Shown here piece after piece: positions 49,901-57,925 of a DNA stretch of 64,000 nt; position 1 is the stretch's first letter; each line of letters begins with the position of its first letter. The notes beneath the pieces were generated by a model. That model searched no databases. It saw only the letters and a list, made by a program, of their open reading frames with translations, and had not been told where the DNA came from. Location of the stretch: the NCBI GenBank assembly GCA_964430885.1, contig CAYSHM010000012.1, positions 29,188-93,187 of the forward strand, given 5' to 3'. Source of the stretch: an uncultured archaeon (GTDB taxonomy: Archaea; Thermoplasmatota; Penumbrarchaeia; JASLWR01). The position numbers and the translations under genes were made by a program.

Positions 49901-49936
49901 GATGATGATGAAGATGATGACGACGATTGGTGGTAA
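43967..49936 (+). CDS. Very large membrane-anchored surface protein with cell-wall-binding-2-like segments and a divergent C25-like peptidase domain; Trp-acidic tail
   Basis: SAANGAVLASLLDSPLLFT (CW_binding_2-like); SVGRIP, WCHADHG, YLQDCQVG, LYGDPE (C25-like); TM FLIIGILLLLILLILFFVLA-KRK. Confidence 0.65.
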   Translation: MRIRYSTTAMASALLLCLIVSPLSNIVSGILVNEEESDHSNNDFLNAFEDETQSIQDLPGIDENRDISNSINQIKYPEGTPNSLFQDYLNDMKAFDTELIGPESYINDGLLYDSSYQDRTIVVHENDSSYFDELLYTAAVPAAIHWEGGSRHDSLLLYDSDERDTGNLHGDWAGYLESRGGLKHLDFLGGVNGTRRAEISSYYGSPEDMEVVTVSGDIYNASAEIAKYYWKEERFIRPDTAVIAYSPDPQGGKQVFQIRTNTSNTKGNYDVEVNASQVAWLETELHWEDQNDNSVYDIEMTDPYATHHAKYNTSSSWYKENPSNNVLNFHEGSRETGLSPLYSFMPIDPFGPSSNASFSDSVGPNDGSGVPEPPFADVTTHTIGPVKKGMIVECSLSWSDSSELELYVHPNGTTPAEYEFEYWWGQPVVLKFISTINGFWDISVHTYTGNGDSYGLEVHWSLPSELEWPIYQCENSDDSYTINTKKTMVLGDDIAESAANGAVLASLLDSPLLFTAGVQPEQAVMNVLEDLGIDNLIIVDPFGRIDSSAWENRGLAVEHLDSDYSVFNMISDIGYRKTWERDVVVPALGGPWFTSAALEGAAHAAPVPFPNDPLALSATNLSTRVWWNMLEWADTLGAYTGSSASSEDHPPKRSSMESIADYFYDWLGNFNPAYNPSCNDNDSDGIPDSGLMWNYSKDIDVVIVSPMNGIKMCFDRAIIGKGSVGRIPEYDPSISTAIAARAVLYWKLAFSNNTNPGDMNAVNETSNFWDKAGWTFVAYTHDDDDPNDDDLGDDTDDDYSEDDDGGAVHLSYRMSEELPQYASDYGVSANCYNTSYPQVTDMLEDGLGFWCHADHGGYNKHLETGAGVIGLSGKAQNPWRDWDDGANVDDPDGSGNTIGLANPSGNDHISGNDIFYGIHDLPSTLIYLQDCQVGGTHMPANLLRLGSSGVVGDHYSMYIDPSPVYNDRLVKGLFSGMDYGQANRWALDESSAVYSMHDPAPSDGGNNALGYSVQCTLYGDPEIVLARPTLIPHLSINYPIAGTGNITIGIFVTDQYGEPYPSGANVTLNGEYLLPNPGDGGIGVYSYDWSLDNIAHMTSEELMSTDFIVRVLLEEPGYYNSQYNSSIVQEYMLNFPFMRGNITNLEYTGEWIQNLSLAAEVSYDLGNDVVLNDTVGVIGYMEIFDSNGFKMGQSVSLGYVNGSWNADMDITLMTGNYYVNVTFLKPYFPRLTLQSGIFNVKHIMKIESGDVDTHIGFGGGISEIYLSNVSCVHSGLGEIDNLNFRNSTYEIFSTDGNTTNTTGNLIYLDGFWTKDNISVLHLPDGIYHIRINISAQYEWAEYFTASLETEHGIRVSEPTISYRLDPYPSIDITNVSVTTAADNPGIISEENVQTRGYRIVSSDTFEDYANGSYVFNGTHWKAYGIDAGMIPPGVYRVESLFTTTSGKIGSSLSGAFLVGHELKPESFGTVLYEGDFLQKLSIYGVRMRNTYNGSDSDSAFGVSSASFILSNEDDSPVLTGDLSQENDHWSAYNIDVSGIGDGLYSLRAVFDPVEGPEMNMNLDSFELVHGFRIKGAKVYLVSTRASPQLTIENVSIECSYLNFDPQFASVAYYITNTDTSDVSSGMLKPRNGTFSDNIEIEQYYSGSYDVDVEISTTQLSEIHRERVGGFEIIPDIEIESFTIANIDGKLKAGPISVISNIKDKEEIGDGDVSFFNYSLKSLTGNSTVFSGALVWGNDHWMIAEIDVSGLTEGNYYMEVYLSMPGIGEFSRKSNVISIGTSPTDDDDISGDDDDDDIANDDDDGSDNGNEKGADSWTTFLIIGILLLLILLILFFVLAKRKDEEVKEPISEKKDPKEDGKVKSKGPRTSKKSKVLKESESYDDDEEKDDPSSDDFDTYGDDDHDGWSDEGEWDDFEQEDEYDEEEDDWSDDFEGGDDDWNDWADSPNDEYEEDGGWDADPRDDDVNVIDGNEEEDYDNDDDEDDDDDWW

Positions 49937-50130
49937 AGGTCATTATCATGTTTTTCAATGTATGGGAACCGTCATAATAAACGATAAGTTCTGAATCAAA
50001 TATCTGCTTACATCCATAGGGTATCTATATATAAATATATCAATAATCAAATAAAAAGGATTATAATATTAGATGTTGTAGTCACCGTATTAAAATTGTC
50101 CTTATTATCCAATTGGTCAAATCATGATCT

Positions 50131-51735
50131 TTGAATAAGGAATGGACATTGATGAGAAAACATCAATATATAGTTGGTGTAGAGCAGATGATAGCATCAG
50201 GTAAGGGTTCACGGAAAATTGATACCATCGATCACCAAATTGTCAATGAGGTTAAAAACCAAGTATTTGATATGTATTCTCCAGTTATCACCTCATTTCT
50301 TGTTTTTTTCAACAAAGATAAAAAATACAATACTGGGCAGATGCTGAAACATCTTCAAAAAAAGGTGCTCAAGGACGGAGAGCGGTTACTTCATCAGGAC
50401 CGGCTTATACTGTTTGCTTTGAGGGACGAAACCCTGGGGGGAAATTTAGGCGAGACTAGGAACAATGTAAATGATTTCATAGCTGTTGATCCTGAAGAAA
50501 TATCCAAAAAGAGAATTCGAATGACCAATATTGCCATCAGCAGGAGCAGGTCTATTGGAAAGAAGGTCAAGGGCATCAATTATGTTGGCCATTTCTCCAT
50601 AATTCACTGCGGCAGTAAAAAAGAATATTGGACCGATGCTCAGGTTGATATACTGAACGGCCCCGGGGGGAACCAAAAGGGTGAATCGGTTTACGGAGGC
50701 ATGACCTCAGTACTTAATCTCGACATCATGAACAATATCTGTTTCAATGCTGAGGACATATATACATCCAAGGTAAGGACCCCTATATTGAACATGAAAA
50801 TATTCGGTTTCAAAAAAGGGATCCTTAAAAAAGATTCTTTCATAGATGTTATCAGTGATGCACCGATTCCCAAGAACTATTTCATGACATATGACCACCA
50901 TGACGGTCTTTTCACCGGGGATGGATTAGGAAGTGAAACAAAAAGTAAAGTGAATCTTAGAGAGGGGGGTGATTATTTCGATAACGTATTGATCGATAAA
51001 AGTGGGATCCGATCTCAATTCTCAAAGACGGTGGATCGGGTTGGTATATATATCGGATATCATGTTTTTCTGGATTTCTTCAACCGTGATGAACTTCTGG
51101 ATAGTATGAAAGAGGTCAAGGCTATCAGGAAGAACATCCATAAGCTCCAGAAGGATATTGATATTATTCTTGAAATGAAGAAGGTCCGTAAACATCGAAA
51201 GGATTATCATGTTATTTATGATTCTTCGGTCTATTCGGCACAGCTGACGGAGATCAATGAGAACATGGCAACCAATGTTCTATTTCTCAGAGAAAGGCAG
51301 CGGTTGATTCAGGATTTCGAAACTGAGGAACAGTTCCACTCACTTAAAAAGCCCACTGCAATGAGCGATATGATAAGAGACCTTCAATCCGAGTTCAATA
51401 ACTGGAGGGACAAGATCCTTCGGGATGCTGACATGGTAGCTAGAACCATTGGGGATCTTCAGGACCGTCTTAGAAACGTGGTGGAGGTTTTCAATACCTA
51501 TCGTGAAAGTGTAAGAAGAAAGAATCAGAGACGTTTAAACTATGGTATGAATATTATCTTCGCTGCACTTGCTCTTGTTGAGATGTCGGATTTCATAGGT
51601 GGACTTATCATATATGCTCTCAATCATCAGGATTATATTACAGCGCTGGAAATGTTTCTAGAAATATTTATCGTATTGATCATTGTAGGGTTCTTGTTGA
51701 ACCTGTTTGTACAGAAGAAGATCTGGGATAGTTAA
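50131..51735 (+). CDS. Uncharacterised membrane protein, CorA-like architecture (soluble domain, long helical stalk, two C-terminal TMs); paralog 1
   Basis: Coiled-coil region followed by two hydrophobic helices at the C-terminus; start uncertain (TTG 50131 or a downstream ATG). Confidence 0.6.
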   Translation: MNKEWTLMRKHQYIVGVEQMIASGKGSRKIDTIDHQIVNEVKNQVFDMYSPVITSFLVFFNKDKKYNTGQMLKHLQKKVLKDGERLLHQDRLILFALRDETLGGNLGETRNNVNDFIAVDPEEISKKRIRMTNIAISRSRSIGKKVKGINYVGHFSIIHCGSKKEYWTDAQVDILNGPGGNQKGESVYGGMTSVLNLDIMNNICFNAEDIYTSKVRTPILNMKIFGFKKGILKKDSFIDVISDAPIPKNYFMTYDHHDGLFTGDGLGSETKSKVNLREGGDYFDNVLIDKSGIRSQFSKTVDRVGIYIGYHVFLDFFNRDELLDSMKEVKAIRKNIHKLQKDIDIILEMKKVRKHRKDYHVIYDSSVYSAQLTEINENMATNVLFLRERQRLIQDFETEEQFHSLKKPTAMSDMIRDLQSEFNNWRDKILRDADMVARTIGDLQDRLRNVVEVFNTYRESVRRKNQRRLNYGMNIIFAALALVEMSDFIGGLIIYALNHQDYITALEMFLEIFIVLIIVGFLLNLFVQKKIWDS

Positions 51736-51763
51736 CAAGTATTTGCATAAGGAGGAATGAAGG

Positions 51764-53242
51764 ATCACACAATCACATAGGCTATTCGACCCGTCGCTTA
51801 CGTTTATTGGTATAATTAAATTAAGGCATTCGCAGAAAGGGGTAGCTCTAGCCGTAGATATAAAATCATTGCTGGATGGCAACGATGATCTTATATTCTA
51901 TAAAGGAATGGGGTTATTGAGGTTGAATCTTGAACTTGGAGTGGGATCTGGAACTTCATCCCGGGAAGACAGGAACTTTGAAGATGATATTGGCCATGAA
52001 AATGATTTCACAAATGAGGATATAAAGTCCGGTTTCAAGAAACTGACAAAAAAATTCAATTTTTTATTGAGAAAAGCTGCCGGGAAAAACTATAAAAAGC
52101 TGATTTTAGGCGATTATATCATATTAACCGGCGGAGTTACTGAGGAATATTGGTCCCAGGCGGATCTAGACCTTGAAGTATTCCGTGTTGATAATAATGC
52201 TAGTTCCAGAGTCCAGGGGAATGTTGGACAGACCCGATTAGGCAAACTTAATTCCGAGGTTCTAGAACTAGGTTCACCAATGGCAAGCTACGCATCCTTA
52301 TCCAAGATGGACGCTTACATTCATTCCTTCCATTCATCCAGTACAAAGGTTACTGCGGATAAGGAAAGGACATATTATGTGCCTAAAGTGTTCATTTTGG
52401 AATATGTACTGAGTAAAGGTTCATCCTCAGGAAAAGATTATAAAATAAAATCTCTAAGAAGCATAAGGGAATACCTGATATTGTATCTGATAAAGTTCAT
52501 TGTTCTTCACTGTATACACATGGACCTTTATGAGCATGAATATCAATCATACAGGCAGAAAGCAGAGGAAATCAGGAGAGAGGTTCTAAGTGTTCATCTA
52601 TCAATCGATAACCTTCTGGAGGACAGTGCTCTATCCAAGAAAAAGAAGAACGCCAGCAAAAAGAACAAAGACAGCTCCAAAGGTAAAAAGGGTATGGGCT
52701 ACTTGGATGAAGTAAAATTGCTTCATAAAGCTTCCATAAATTTCACAAGATTGATGGAGCTGGATGAGAAGCTTGCAGATTCGATTACTCTCCTCAAGGA
52801 TAAGAACAGCTCTATTGAAAAAATGGAGAGGGATATCAAGCTGAAAAACATAATAAGTCATTCACAGCTATCCCATATGGATCCACTTCATTCACATCTG
52901 AAAGGAATAAGGAAGAGCGTTCTTTTTTCCTTTGAAATTCTAAGAGAACATGTGGTGAACTCCCAGGAACGGCTCCGGAACAGTATCGATTCCTTTCAGA
53001 GATACCAAGATGACCGAAGAAGAGCTACTTCGGAGAAATCGGAGAAATGGTATAATTTGGTCTTCGTTATGCTTGCGGTTCTGGCATTGGGCGATGCCAT
53101 AGGTAATTTCTTGGTCTATTACAGAGAATCTGGAGATCTAGAGGGAACTGTAAAAGGTTTATCATCGGTGATTATTATTCTTGCCTTCTTCTTCATGCTA
53201 GTATATATGCTTGTTCTAAGAAAATTGTTCTCTACTAGATGA
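51764..53242 (+). CDS. Uncharacterised membrane protein, CorA-like architecture; paralog 2 (start uncertain)
   Basis: Aligns by eye with paralog 1 (EYWSQADLD vs EYWTDAQVD; QERLRN vs QDRLRN). Frame is open from 51761, upstream of the listed TTG 51869. Confidence 0.6.
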   Translation: MTQSHRLFDPSLTFIGIIKLRHSQKGVALAVDIKSLLDGNDDLIFYKGMGLLRLNLELGVGSGTSSREDRNFEDDIGHENDFTNEDIKSGFKKLTKKFNFLLRKAAGKNYKKLILGDYIILTGGVTEEYWSQADLDLEVFRVDNNASSRVQGNVGQTRLGKLNSEVLELGSPMASYASLSKMDAYIHSFHSSSTKVTADKERTYYVPKVFILEYVLSKGSSSGKDYKIKSLRSIREYLILYLIKFIVLHCIHMDLYEHEYQSYRQKAEEIRREVLSVHLSIDNLLEDSALSKKKKNASKKNKDSSKGKKGMGYLDEVKLLHKASINFTRLMELDEKLADSITLLKDKNSSIEKMERDIKLKNIISHSQLSHMDPLHSHLKGIRKSVLFSFEILREHVVNSQERLRNSIDSFQRYQDDRRRATSEKSEKWYNLVFVMLAVLALGDAIGNFLVYYRESGDLEGTVKGLSSVIIILAFFFMLVYMLVLRKLFSTR

Positions 53243-53254
53243 GGGAGGGCCCCT

Positions 53255-54145
53255 ATGGTTGTGATTCTGGAAATGGGCTATGTCCCCTTAGGTTTTCACG
53301 GATATGCTAGACAACCCGATAAGCGGACCGTCGAGGGAGATGTCGTCGCCCTTCTATTAGAACGGAATATTATCTTGGATGCTGATATTTCCAACATTAG
53401 AAGTGCGTCCAGAACCGACAGGGGCGTAGGAGCGATACAGAATTTCATAACCTTTCCCTCAGAATTATCTCTGGGCCAAATAGCTTTGAGATTGTCCGAT
53501 TCACCGAATGGTATTATTTTCAAAAACCTTGGGAAAGTAAATAATGATTTCAATCCCCGTTATGCCATATCAAGGGAATATGTTTTCTTTTTACCGGATA
53601 AGATGGTCGGAGATTTGGGATTATTCAAGAACGCACTATCGCTCTTTCAGGGAGAGCATGATTTCCGGTCCTTCAGTAAAAAGGACCCATCCAAAACAAA
53701 TAAAAACCCTTCCAGAAAGCAGATAATATATGATATAGGATTCCATCGTTACAGGCTGGATCTGGATCTGCGGGCGATGGATAATACTGGAATCGAACTC
53801 AACTCTTCTTCCCATTTTAGCTTCTCCAAGGAAATTTTCGAGTTGAACATATGCGGCAATTATTTCCTTTATCAGCAAATTAGAAGAATGGTCGGTTCAG
53901 CCATTGGAGTTTCAAGAGGTGAAATAAAAACCCAGGATATTGTAGATTCTCTAAATGATCCTAATAATCGAAAGTTCAAGCCTATGGGACCTGAAGGATT
54001 ATTTCTGAAACGAGTATTGTATAAAAAGGAATTGATATCTGATATTATTGAAATAGATGATAAATTGGATGGTTCCTTCAGACCTGATCTCCAATCATAT
54101 CTGAACAAGCTGCTGCTGATTAGAAGTTACAATGAATTATCTTGA
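53255..54145 (+). CDS. truA: tRNA pseudouridine(38-40) synthase
   Basis: GFHGYARQPDKRTVEG, SRTDRGVGA, FNPRY..REY, GEHDFRSF, FLYQQIRRMVG, PEGLFL..V.Y. Confidence 0.9.
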   Translation: MVVILEMGYVPLGFHGYARQPDKRTVEGDVVALLLERNIILDADISNIRSASRTDRGVGAIQNFITFPSELSLGQIALRLSDSPNGIIFKNLGKVNNDFNPRYAISREYVFFLPDKMVGDLGLFKNALSLFQGEHDFRSFSKKDPSKTNKNPSRKQIIYDIGFHRYRLDLDLRAMDNTGIELNSSSHFSFSKEIFELNICGNYFLYQQIRRMVGSAIGVSRGEIKTQDIVDSLNDPNNRKFKPMGPEGLFLKRVLYKKELISDIIEIDDKLDGSFRPDLQSYLNKLLLIRSYNELS

Positions 54146-54316
54146 TCGAAACTAGTATTTGAGTACTTGAGTAAAAATAAAATGATAACCTAAAAGCTCT
54201 TCTCAGTAAAAATTTCCAAATATGGATATTGTGTTAATATGGTTTTATTATAAATCGTAATATTAAGTAAGTCATTAAATTCGATTATATCAATGCTGAT
54301 ACGGTTTGGTGGAGTC

Positions 54317-55372
54317 ATGAAAAAAGGAACTCGGAAAAATACCAAGGAAAACAGGGTTCACATATCCCGATATGCTCCAGTTGAGGAAAATCTGAGGAAA
54401 TCCTTGGAAGCTATTGGGTGGAAAGATGTTGTAAAAGAGGGGGATATGGTTACCATTAAGGTGAATGCGACCCATTTTGATTACCTTCCTGGATTGACGG
54501 TGACACCGGAATTGGTGGGGGAATTTGTGGAATTGCTAAGAGATAGAGCTGAAAGGGTTGTTGTAGGCGAATCCAATCTTCAGAGGGTCAGTGCTGAAAC
54601 CGCTCTCAAGGGATGCGGTATCTGGAAAGCTGCGGAAAAAGCGGGCGCCGAGGTCATAAATTTTTCCAAGGACAAAACTGTTAAGGTGAAATTATCGGGA
54701 AAAGGGCACTTCAAGGAGTATGATGCTCCCCGTTCATATGTGGATTGTGATGTGTTTGCTTCCATGCCTGTTTTCAAGACCCATAAATTGACCCAGGTAA
54801 CACTTACTATCAAAAATCATTTCGGCTGTGTTACCGATGACCTGCGTCTTAAGCACCACGGATATATTGAGGAAGTATTGGGGGATATGCTTGAGATACT
54901 CAAACCAAAGCTGGTGGTTATGGACGGCCGTATCGGTCTGGAGAGCGACGGCCCGATAGCTGGTCTTCCCAAGGATATTGACCTCCTTCTCACAGCACGC
55001 AATGCCGTAGCTGCTGATGCTACCGCATGTAGGGTCATGGGATTCAATCCTAAGAAGATCAAGCACATCAATCACTCCCATAAAAGAGGATTGGGACCAA
55101 TTGACACCAAGGATATTCGATTAAGTGGTTTGGATATGAAAGCGGCTAAGAATCCTTTCCTGAAGGCCAATGCAGATTCCATATCCAACCTTGAGAAATG
55201 GGTCAGTCCTCATCCTAAGCTCTCTCATCTCATCTACCGAACCTTTTTCAAACCCATGAAATGGGCTTCATGGAAATGGCGTTCAATAACAGGTTATAAG
55301 AAGCAGTATGTCAAGGATATCAAAGAGCGCAAATTGTGGGATGATTATGATTGGAAAGGCCTTTTCAAGTAA
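54317..55372 (+). CDS. DUF362 family protein
   Basis: GDMVTIKVN, VVVGES, SMPVFKTH..VTLTIKNHFG, VMDG..GP, NAVAADATACRVMG. Confidence 0.85.
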   Translation: MKKGTRKNTKENRVHISRYAPVEENLRKSLEAIGWKDVVKEGDMVTIKVNATHFDYLPGLTVTPELVGEFVELLRDRAERVVVGESNLQRVSAETALKGCGIWKAAEKAGAEVINFSKDKTVKVKLSGKGHFKEYDAPRSYVDCDVFASMPVFKTHKLTQVTLTIKNHFGCVTDDLRLKHHGYIEEVLGDMLEILKPKLVVMDGRIGLESDGPIAGLPKDIDLLLTARNAVAADATACRVMGFNPKKIKHINHSHKRGLGPIDTKDIRLSGLDMKAAKNPFLKANADSISNLEKWVSPHPKLSHLIYRTFFKPMKWASWKWRSITGYKKQYVKDIKERKLWDDYDWKGLFK

Positions 55373-55717
55373 ACGTAAAGCCTACCGACTTTTGTTGGCA
55401 CTAGACTACCTGCTTAAGAGATGTGGTTTTATCGATAAACGCAATGTCCGAGGTATTATAGCTGCACCAGAATGTGATTGATTAACTGTCTTCATAATAT
55501 GAATAAGACGATCAATGGATTGGCTATTCAAATCAATTATAAGGTATTATTCTGAAACTGTGCTGATAACTATTATATATTGAATTACCATTAGGCCTTG
55601 GAAAAGTTACTGCTAAGCCTATTCAAATTATTGGCACTGAATCATTGTGATAATGATATGATCCAATATGTGAAAAAAATCAAGGGGAAGGAGTAAAGAT
55701 CAAAGGGGTGTATTGCC

Positions 55718-55870
55718 ATGGCTAGATTTCCGGAAGCCGAAGAGAGACTTTTAAACAAGAAGATCTGTATGAAATGCAATTCAAGAAACGCAGTTAGGGC
55801 AAGTAGATGCAGAAAGTGCGGTCATAAAGGACTGAGATCTAAGGCAAAGGTTTCCAGAGGTAGATTGTAA
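55718..55870 (+). CDS. rpl40e: 50S ribosomal protein L40e (50 aa; absent from the supplied ORF track)
   Basis: Translated by hand: [50 protein letters not shown]; GGGGTG SD upstream. Confidence 0.95.
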   Translation: MARFPEAEERLLNKKICMKCNSRNAVRASRCRKCGHKGLRSKAKVSRGRL

Positions 55871-56260
55871 TTTTACTCAGAAGTTAAGTTCATTTTTTAT
55901 ACGATTATATTCGTTCTTTTGAAGCTCTATATTGAGGAAATTGAAGCTTTAGATGCATCGATCATTTTTTCCCGTTAGCAGGAATGGGTGCCGTAGAAAT
56001 TTTTATAAAATGAGTAAATTACTGGTAAATAATATTTGATTTAAAGTTGTCCCTTTAAAAACTGACTTATTCTCCCCAGGGCAAATCTTATATATGATAA
56101 TGGGCCCTTTATTATGGTGTCTTAATGGATTATATTTATCTATGATTCAAATAGTGAATTTTATTATCAATGGATGCATAATCTTTTGGTATTGTTATTT
56201 GATCAATGGGAAATATATTAATCCCATTTCGTTACAAGGAAATACCCCCAGGGTGAAGAA

Positions 56261-57340
56261 ATGAAAAAACTAGTCCTCTGTGTTGATCGGGATGATGATA
56301 TGGGTGAAAAGGCCCATGTAATTTCACCTGTGATCGGCAGACAGGAAAACCTGAATGCCGCGGTTGCCCTAGCCCTTGTAGACCCAGAGGACAGTGATGT
56401 GAATACCACCCTTGCAGGTATAAAGATTTATGATGAACTAATCCGCAACGGAGAGGATTGCGAGATTGTCACAATCTGCGGGGATCCGAAATTGAAAAGA
56501 CGATCTGATGAGGTCATTGCCACTCAAATGGATATTATTATGAAGGAGATAGAACCTGAGAGGGTGATATTGGTCTCGGATGGAGCTGAGGATGAATATG
56601 TAGTGCCAATAATATCATCCCGAGTGACAATTGATTCAGTAAGAAGAGTAGTAGTGAAACAGACAAAGAGTATTGAGGACACATATTATCTCATCACCCG
56701 GTTAATGGGCGATGACAAGATACAGAAGAGATTCTTACTGCCGGTTGCACTCATGCTTCTTCTGTGGGGGGTAACCTCACTGTTGGCTGCTTCCATTGAT
56801 ATTCCCAATATTGGCATGCCAGTAATTCTTCTTATCATAAGTACCTACCTTATTTTCAGAATTTTCAATCTTGAAGATGGAATGTTTAGGTTTGGAAGAA
56901 ATATCAAATCCAGTATCGAAAAAGGCTACATATCTACTCTGACTGGAATAATCTCACTTCTGTTTATCGCTTTTGTTCTCCTAGATGGCGCTCTTGAGCT
57001 TCGTCAGAATCCTCAAAGAACCCTTTATGAGGGTACATTTGTAATAATAATCGAAAGCTGGTGGTTCCTTATAGGGGCTGGTGCGCTATACTGTTTCGGA
57101 CGTCTCATTGATATATACATTAGGAAAGGTTACTGGGTGGGATCGATAATATTGGCATTTTTCTCAATTATATCCATGGGCCTTCTTTTCAATTCTATGA
57201 TAAAGATAATAGACTATCTCATGGGGAATAGTCAGGAACCGGATTTCACGTCAATTTTCCTGGTCTCTTTAGCTGGTATTTTCATATTCATAATCGGCCG
57301 AAAATGGTCACTCAGTGTGAAAATATCTCACGGAAATTGA
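56261..57340 (+). CDS. DUF373 family membrane protein
   Basis: LVLCVDRDDD.G, P..G....L.AA..L...DPEDSDVN, VSDGAEDE.V.PII.SR, RVVVKQ, followed by several TMs. Confidence 0.88.
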   Translation: MKKLVLCVDRDDDMGEKAHVISPVIGRQENLNAAVALALVDPEDSDVNTTLAGIKIYDELIRNGEDCEIVTICGDPKLKRRSDEVIATQMDIIMKEIEPERVILVSDGAEDEYVVPIISSRVTIDSVRRVVVKQTKSIEDTYYLITRLMGDDKIQKRFLLPVALMLLLWGVTSLLAASIDIPNIGMPVILLIISTYLIFRIFNLEDGMFRFGRNIKSSIEKGYISTLTGIISLLFIAFVLLDGALELRQNPQRTLYEGTFVIIIESWWFLIGAGALYCFGRLIDIYIRKGYWVGSIILAFFSIISMGLLFNSMIKIIDYLMGNSQEPDFTSIFLVSLAGIFIFIIGRKWSLSVKISHGN

Positions 57341-57447
57341 TAATAAGAAAAAATTCCTATTCACATTAAAATTTATTTCAGTCAGGATAATATTTTAATA
57401 AAAAAGGATAGATAAATAGGATTATTTCAGTAAATTGGGCCCTTCGT

Positions 57448-57897
57448 TCATTCTTTAGGTGGTTCCAATGTAGAAAACCGTATTCCGCATTCAGGACAGT
57501 ATTTCCATGTAGGTTTGATGGGATATCCGCAGGATGGACATTCGGTCTTGTAGCTGATCTTTACCCCTTGGCTTTCAGTTTGTATCTTTTGAATCAGGTT
57601 CTCCAGACCAGTCTTTTTTTCCTCTTCCCATGGTTTCCTCTTGTTAAAGCTTTTGGCTTCAGTGAAATCCTTCCCATATCCAGAGGTATGAAAATGAGAT
57701 TCGTTCTCCTTGGAGCTTGTTTCTTTATGTTTTCTAGCCACTTTTTTCCTTACGGATAGTTCCGCATTTCCGCATAAAGGACAGGTCATGGTACCTTTAC
57801 ATCCGAATATGTCGCAGGATGTAATTCCTGCGCTTCCGCCGCACCTGTCGCAATATTGATTGACATATCTACCGCATACGTTACAAAAAGCAGCCAT
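57448..57897 (-). CDS. Zinc-ribbon protein
   Basis: N-terminal CNVC/CDRC/C..GC/CPLC cluster and C-terminal CPSCG..WKYCPECG. Confidence 0.7.
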   Translation of the reverse strand: MAAFCNVCGRYVNQYCDRCGGSAGITSCDIFGCKGTMTCPLCGNAELSVRKKVARKHKETSSKENESHFHTSGYGKDFTEAKSFNKRKPWEEEKKTGLENLIQKIQTESQGVKISYKTECPSCGYPIKPTWKYCPECGIRFSTLEPPKE

Positions 57898-57925
57898 TTT
57901 TACACCTCATAAATTGCAAATATAT

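Noticed and set aside
51541-51552. YGMN in paralog 1 as the CorA GMN signature
   Set aside because: It lies before TM1 rather than after it and is absent from paralog 2, so it is probably coincidental.
51757-51819. Pyrrolysine read-through of TAG 51778 to rescue the ATG at 51757
   Set aside because: That frame hits TAA 13 codons later and is not the frame of the long ORF.
55986-55996. GGGTGCCGTAG resembling a tRNA 5' end
   Set aside because: No D-arm, anticodon arm or T-arm follows.
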